DNA of 64,000 nt, taken from positions 2,528 through 66,527 of the forward strand of contig CAYGHG010000001.1 in NCBI GenBank assembly GCA_964349515.1, in the 5' to 3' direction. The notes under the pieces are model-generated. The model saw nothing but the letters and a program-made list of their open reading frames with translations. It ran no database searches and had not been told where the DNA came from. The stretch comes from an uncultured Spirochaetia bacterium. Its GTDB lineage: Bacteria > Oederibacteriota > PGYV01 > CAYGHG01. Shown here piece after piece: positions 60,942 to 64,000 of this stretch; positions within the stretch are counted from its first letter, which is position 1, and every line of letters starts with the position of its first letter. Made by a program: the position numbers and the translations under genes.

Positions 60942-61133
60942 AATTACTCCTTACCGGCACTATTTTAAATCAGATTATTTGACAGAAAAGAACCGTTTAA
61001 GTTCCACAAAACATTTGTTGTTTAGAAGATAGCACTCGGCCAATCACCCTGTGCGCCGTCAGGCGGTACCGCTTAATGTAATAAAACCCGGTGTCAGGCC
61101 CTGACTTGACACCTGATTCTTTTACACTTGATT

Positions 61134-61634
61134 CTACATCGGTTTATTTCTGTTTTGTAATGGTTTTCCTAAAATGTTCTTCATGGGGCATTTCTCATTT
61201 TCGCAGCCGCGGCATACAAACAATAATACTTCACCCGCCGCCAACCCTACCGCCGCCCAGTAAAAAATCAGCAGGGGAATATCTTTCAAGAGCCATAGCT
61301 GGGGGAAAACCACAGCTGCTGCTGCGATTGCAAGTGTTAAAACCACATCCATTGCAGTATAGTAGGATTTATCCGGATGCGGCCGGATAAATTTTGAGAT
61401 AGGGCCGAGTATGGCATGCATACATTTATCCCTGCATGGACATTTCTCGCAGTACACAGCCGGTATAACAATAAAAAAAACCGCTATCACAGCGGCATAT
61501 ATAACTCCAAACACCATTGAATCCCTGAACACCACATACCCGCCGGCCAAAAACGCCGCAAATAACATCACTACAGCAATCAGTCCGTGAATTCGCGCCA
61601 TCACCGTCCTCCTATTTAGTCTTACCGCCTGCAT
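61134..61634 (-). CDS. Hypothetical 4-TM membrane protein with two Cys clusters (CEKCPCRDKC, CRGCENEKC)
   Basis: Hydrophobic segments alternate with Cys-rich loops. No recognisable family. Confidence 0.4.
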   Translation of the reverse strand: MQAVRLNRRTVMARIHGLIAVVMLFAAFLAGGYVVFRDSMVFGVIYAAVIAVFFIVIPAVYCEKCPCRDKCMHAILGPISKFIRPHPDKSYYTAMDVVLTLAIAAAAVVFPQLWLLKDIPLLIFYWAAVGLAAGEVLLFVCRGCENEKCPMKNILGKPLQNRNKPM

Positions 61635-61758
61635 TTATCATATTTCAGGTCATTGTCTGAGCCTCTGCCTGCTTTACTGGCAGGTATACACAGCATGCGC
61701 AGTTACATGCGAACCCGGGAATGTCTGAATTAACGCTGCAAACAGATTCGGCAGAGTA

Positions 61759-61853
61759 CAAAAAAACAGGAGGGTCACAGACCCTCCTCTACTATTACAA
61801 CAACACGTTTTTTCCGGTGTAAAAGGCGGGTTTCAAACCCGCCTCTTTTTTAG
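61759..61853. repeat. Solo copy of a double-hairpin repeat element (terminator-like) downstream of the Gly-rich lipoprotein gene
   Basis: acaaaaaaaCAGGAGGGTCacaGACCCTCCtctac...GGCGGGTTTcAAACCCGCCtctttttt, same element as the units at 63536..63835. Confidence 0.6.
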
Positions 61854-61858
61854 CTGTC

Positions 61859-63406
61859 TCACGGTATCAGATATGTGTTCTGGCTCAAACCGTTTTGTCC
61901 AACATTCCCGCCCGCGCCTCCGTTACCCGCTGTTCCCAAAACATATGTTACCCCGCTTAATACAGGTGCCGTTGTGCTGTAAACTATGTTTATCACAGGG
62001 CCGCCTCCTCCTCCTCCGCCCGAACCGCCGTTGCCGCCTTTTCCTCCGTTGCCGCCCGCGCCTCCTCTGCCTGCTGTTCCCTGGCTTGCCGAGTATGCTC
62101 CCGCGCTGCCGCCTGCTCCGCCGTTGCCTCCGCTGCCGCCTGTTCCTCCGTTACCGCCTATGCCTCCGTTGCCTGTTGCCAACTGAGTGTTATTTATAAC
62201 AACCCCCGTGCAGTCAAAAAGCATCAGCGCGACAGAGGCGCCTCCGCCCGTGCCTGCCGTACCGGCCGAGCCTGCCTGTCCGCCACTGCCGCCTCCTCCT
62301 CCGGAAGTACCATACCAGTCACAAAAACCGCTGACACCGCCGCCGGCGCCGCCTCCCCCTCCGCCTCCATAGCCGTGATCACCGTCAGCGCCGCTTTCAC
62401 CGCCTGATGCCGTGTAACCCGACAAAGTAAATACTCCAGCCGATAATCCTGATGCTCCATTTGTGCCGTTTGCACCTGCATTACCGGGCTGTCCTGGCTG
62501 ACCGTTATTTGCAGTTAATCCACCAGCGCCACCCGCACCACCACTGCCCGGTGATACGGCTGAAACTCCGGAAGCACCTGTGCTCCCGCCAAGCCCCGGG
62601 TATCCGCCTGCGCCGCCGTTCCTTCCCCAGCTGCATACTCCGGCAGTACCTCCGGCCGGCCTGCTGCAGGCACCGCATATCCCGTCGTCATTTTCGCATC
62701 CCGGGTTTCCACTGCCGCCGATAGTACCTGCTGTACCTTCCATTCCGTTCATACCATTAGCACCATTTCCGCCATTGCGCGAGGTAAAAGAACATGATTC
62801 TATTATTATATTATCGCAGTTTTTCAGAAACACAGCGACCGACGCACCGCCCTGTACGGTATTGTTGGCGCTGTTAACGCTTAACAATGCAAGGGTTACA
62901 TCATCTGCATTGTCCCCCGTCACAGCAGTGACGCCGCCTGATATTATGCATTCATTCGCCGTGCCGCGCGCCCATGAGTTATGCGCGGCATAGCCGCCGT
63001 AAACAGAAACCCCTGCAGCCAGCATTATGCTTTCATTATAAGTGCCGATAGAAACCAGCACACTCGGTTTGCCCGAAAGTACGGCAGCATCTATTGCAGC
63101 CTGAATAGTTTTTTTAGGGTTATCCAATGACCCGTCGGCGGCATCATCACCTGAAATCACATCTACAAATATGGACATTGACGCATCTCCGTCAATACCG
63201 TCCGAGTTTGTGTCGGTAAATGAAGGATCCGGCAGGTCCACAGGAGTACCGGACACCATAGGAGTCGTTGTGACGGTGGCAGTGGCAGTTACAGTGGCGG
63301 TTACAGTCTGCGTTACGCCGGGTAACACTTCAGAAGGTGTTTTTATTTTAGTACAGGCAAAAAACAAAACAGAAACCACGATAATTGAAACGAGTGTTTT
63401 TTTCAA
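61859..63406 (-). CDS. Glycine-rich (GGxGGxGG repeats) lipoprotein with N-terminal DUF1565-like right-handed beta-helix domain
   Basis: Signal peptide with lipobox-like FFAC. TVTATVTATATV linker. DUF1565-like DGSLDNPKKTIQAAIDAA...GTYNE. Then about 300 aa that are more than 50% Gly. Confidence 0.55.
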   Translation of the reverse strand: MKKTLVSIIVVSVLFFACTKIKTPSEVLPGVTQTVTATVTATATVTTTPMVSGTPVDLPDPSFTDTNSDGIDGDASMSIFVDVISGDDAADGSLDNPKKTIQAAIDAAVLSGKPSVLVSIGTYNESIMLAAGVSVYGGYAAHNSWARGTANECIISGGVTAVTGDNADDVTLALLSVNSANNTVQGGASVAVFLKNCDNIIIESCSFTSRNGGNGANGMNGMEGTAGTIGGSGNPGCENDDGICGACSRPAGGTAGVCSWGRNGGAGGYPGLGGSTGASGVSAVSPGSGGAGGAGGLTANNGQPGQPGNAGANGTNGASGLSAGVFTLSGYTASGGESGADGDHGYGGGGGGGAGGGVSGFCDWYGTSGGGGGSGGQAGSAGTAGTGGGASVALMLFDCTGVVINNTQLATGNGGIGGNGGTGGSGGNGGAGGSAGAYSASQGTAGRGGAGGNGGKGGNGGSGGGGGGGPVINIVYSTTAPVLSGVTYVLGTAGNGGAGGNVGQNGLSQNTYLIP

Positions 63407-63535
63407 AATTTTCTCCCTGTTTGATTTTTTTTAATTATATCAGAATACGGGGGTTGAAGCAATGAAGCATAAAACTGAGTGTAAAGGCGCGAAGTGTAAG
63501 GGTGTAAAGGTTCAAAAACAAAAACGAACGCAGAA

Positions 63536-63835
63536 CAAAAAAACAGGAGGGCCACAGACCCTCCTCTACGATTACAACAACACGTTTTTTTCCGGCGTAG
63601 AGGCGGGTTTCAAACCCGCCTTGTTTTTAACGTCGTTAATTACAAAAAAACAGGAGGGTCACAGACCCTCCTCTACGATTACAACAACACGTTTTTTTCC
63701 GGCGTAGAGGCGGGTTTCAAACCCGCCTTGTTTTTAACGTCGTTAATTACAAAAAAACAGGAGGGTCACAGACCCTCCTCTACGTTTACAACAACAACAT
63801 GTTATTTCCGGCGCAGCCTTGTTTTTAACTATTTG
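63536..63835. repeat. Tandem array of three 108-109-bp units (third degenerate), each with two GC-rich hairpins flanked by A/T runs; bidirectional terminator-like modules
   Basis: Units start at about 63536, 63645 and 63753. Hairpin 1 is GGAGGGTC-aca-GACCCTCC preceded by A7. Hairpin 2 is GGCGGGTTT-c-AAACCCGCC followed by ttgttttt. An inner inverted repeat CCTCTACG/CGTAGAGG is also present. Confidence 0.65.
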
Positions 63836-64000
63836 TTCCCCAAAAAATACCTTCCGCCTAACAGCCTGCAGTCTTCTATGAAAGACTTGATGTTTCCCGG
63901 CACTGTGTCAGCAGCGTAGCGGCTCACCCACTGGTGTTTCCCGTTTATCACCACGCTTATGTGGACTGACGGTTTGTCCATCTCATCTTCAGCAAAAGCC
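63829..64000 (-). CDS. Partial CDS, C-terminal 56 codons of a gene whose 5' part lies beyond the window end; product unknown
   Basis: Open minus-strand frame ...AFAEDEMDKPSVHISVVINGKHQWVSRYAADTVPGNIKSFIEDCRLLGGRYFLGNK ending in TAG at 63829..63831, immediately followed by the tandem terminator-like array. Confidence 0.3.
   Translation of the reverse strand, partial: AFAEDEMDKPSVHISVVINGKHQWVSRYAADTVPGNIKSFIEDCRLLGGRYFLGNK

Noticed and set aside
61986-62372. Poly-proline plus-strand ORFs (PPPPPPEPPLPP…)
   Set aside because: They are the mirror image of the GGN-rich coding strand of the glycine-rich lipoprotein gene.
63536-63835. Possible CRISPR array
   Set aside because: The units are contiguous and near-identical with no unique spacers. 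The unit length is 108 bp and the element has internal hairpins typical of terminators or MITEs.
63462-63919. Two plus-strand ORFs (81 and 63 aa) with repeated LFLTSLITKKQEGHRPSS
   Set aside because: They are produced by reading through the tandem hairpin repeat units. They have no RBS and the sequence is structural, not coding.

Overview
Bacterial chromosomal window of about 64 kb, roughly 45-50% GC, with almost everything on the minus strand. From 34047 down to 1951 there is one nearly uninterrupted ribosomal/transcription super-operon. In transcription order it runs tRNA-Thr, tuf, rpmG, tRNA-Trp, secE, nusG, rplK, rplA, rplJ, rplL, rpoB, rpoC, then rpsL, rpsG, fusA, a second tuf, the fused S10/spc/alpha operons from rpsJ to rplQ, and finally fba and yjbQ. 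The two tuf copies are identical over about 1.2 kb. I decoded the two tRNAs and two small genes missing from the ORF track, rpmJ (L36) and rpmG (L33), by hand. Upstream of this block are a STAS anti-sigma antagonist, a plus-strand PpiD/SurA-like PPIase and maf. Next comes an 18.5-kb run of translationally coupled minus-strand genes mixing housekeeping (tyrS, purH, purN) with accessory functions: a radical-SAM/methyltransferase/GT4/GT2/HAD/LOG cassette, an EndoQ-like PHP protein coupled to a NUDIX hydrolase, and a 1848-aa repeat-rich surface-type protein preceded by a GNAT gene. The distal 9 kb looks accessory: a lipoprotein-like beta-propeller, an HTH-RhuM-Fic-like protein with a GTTAAC operator array, an M6-type metalloprotease with Kelch blades and a T9SS-type C-terminal domain, a Cys-cluster membrane protein, and a glycine-rich DUF1565-like lipoprotein bracketed by a repeated double-hairpin element (one solo copy and a tandem triple). 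The T9SS-like C-terminal domains and the gene order suggest an FCB-group, possibly candidate-phylum, organism. All calls rest on reading the sequence and recalled family signatures; no database search was possible.
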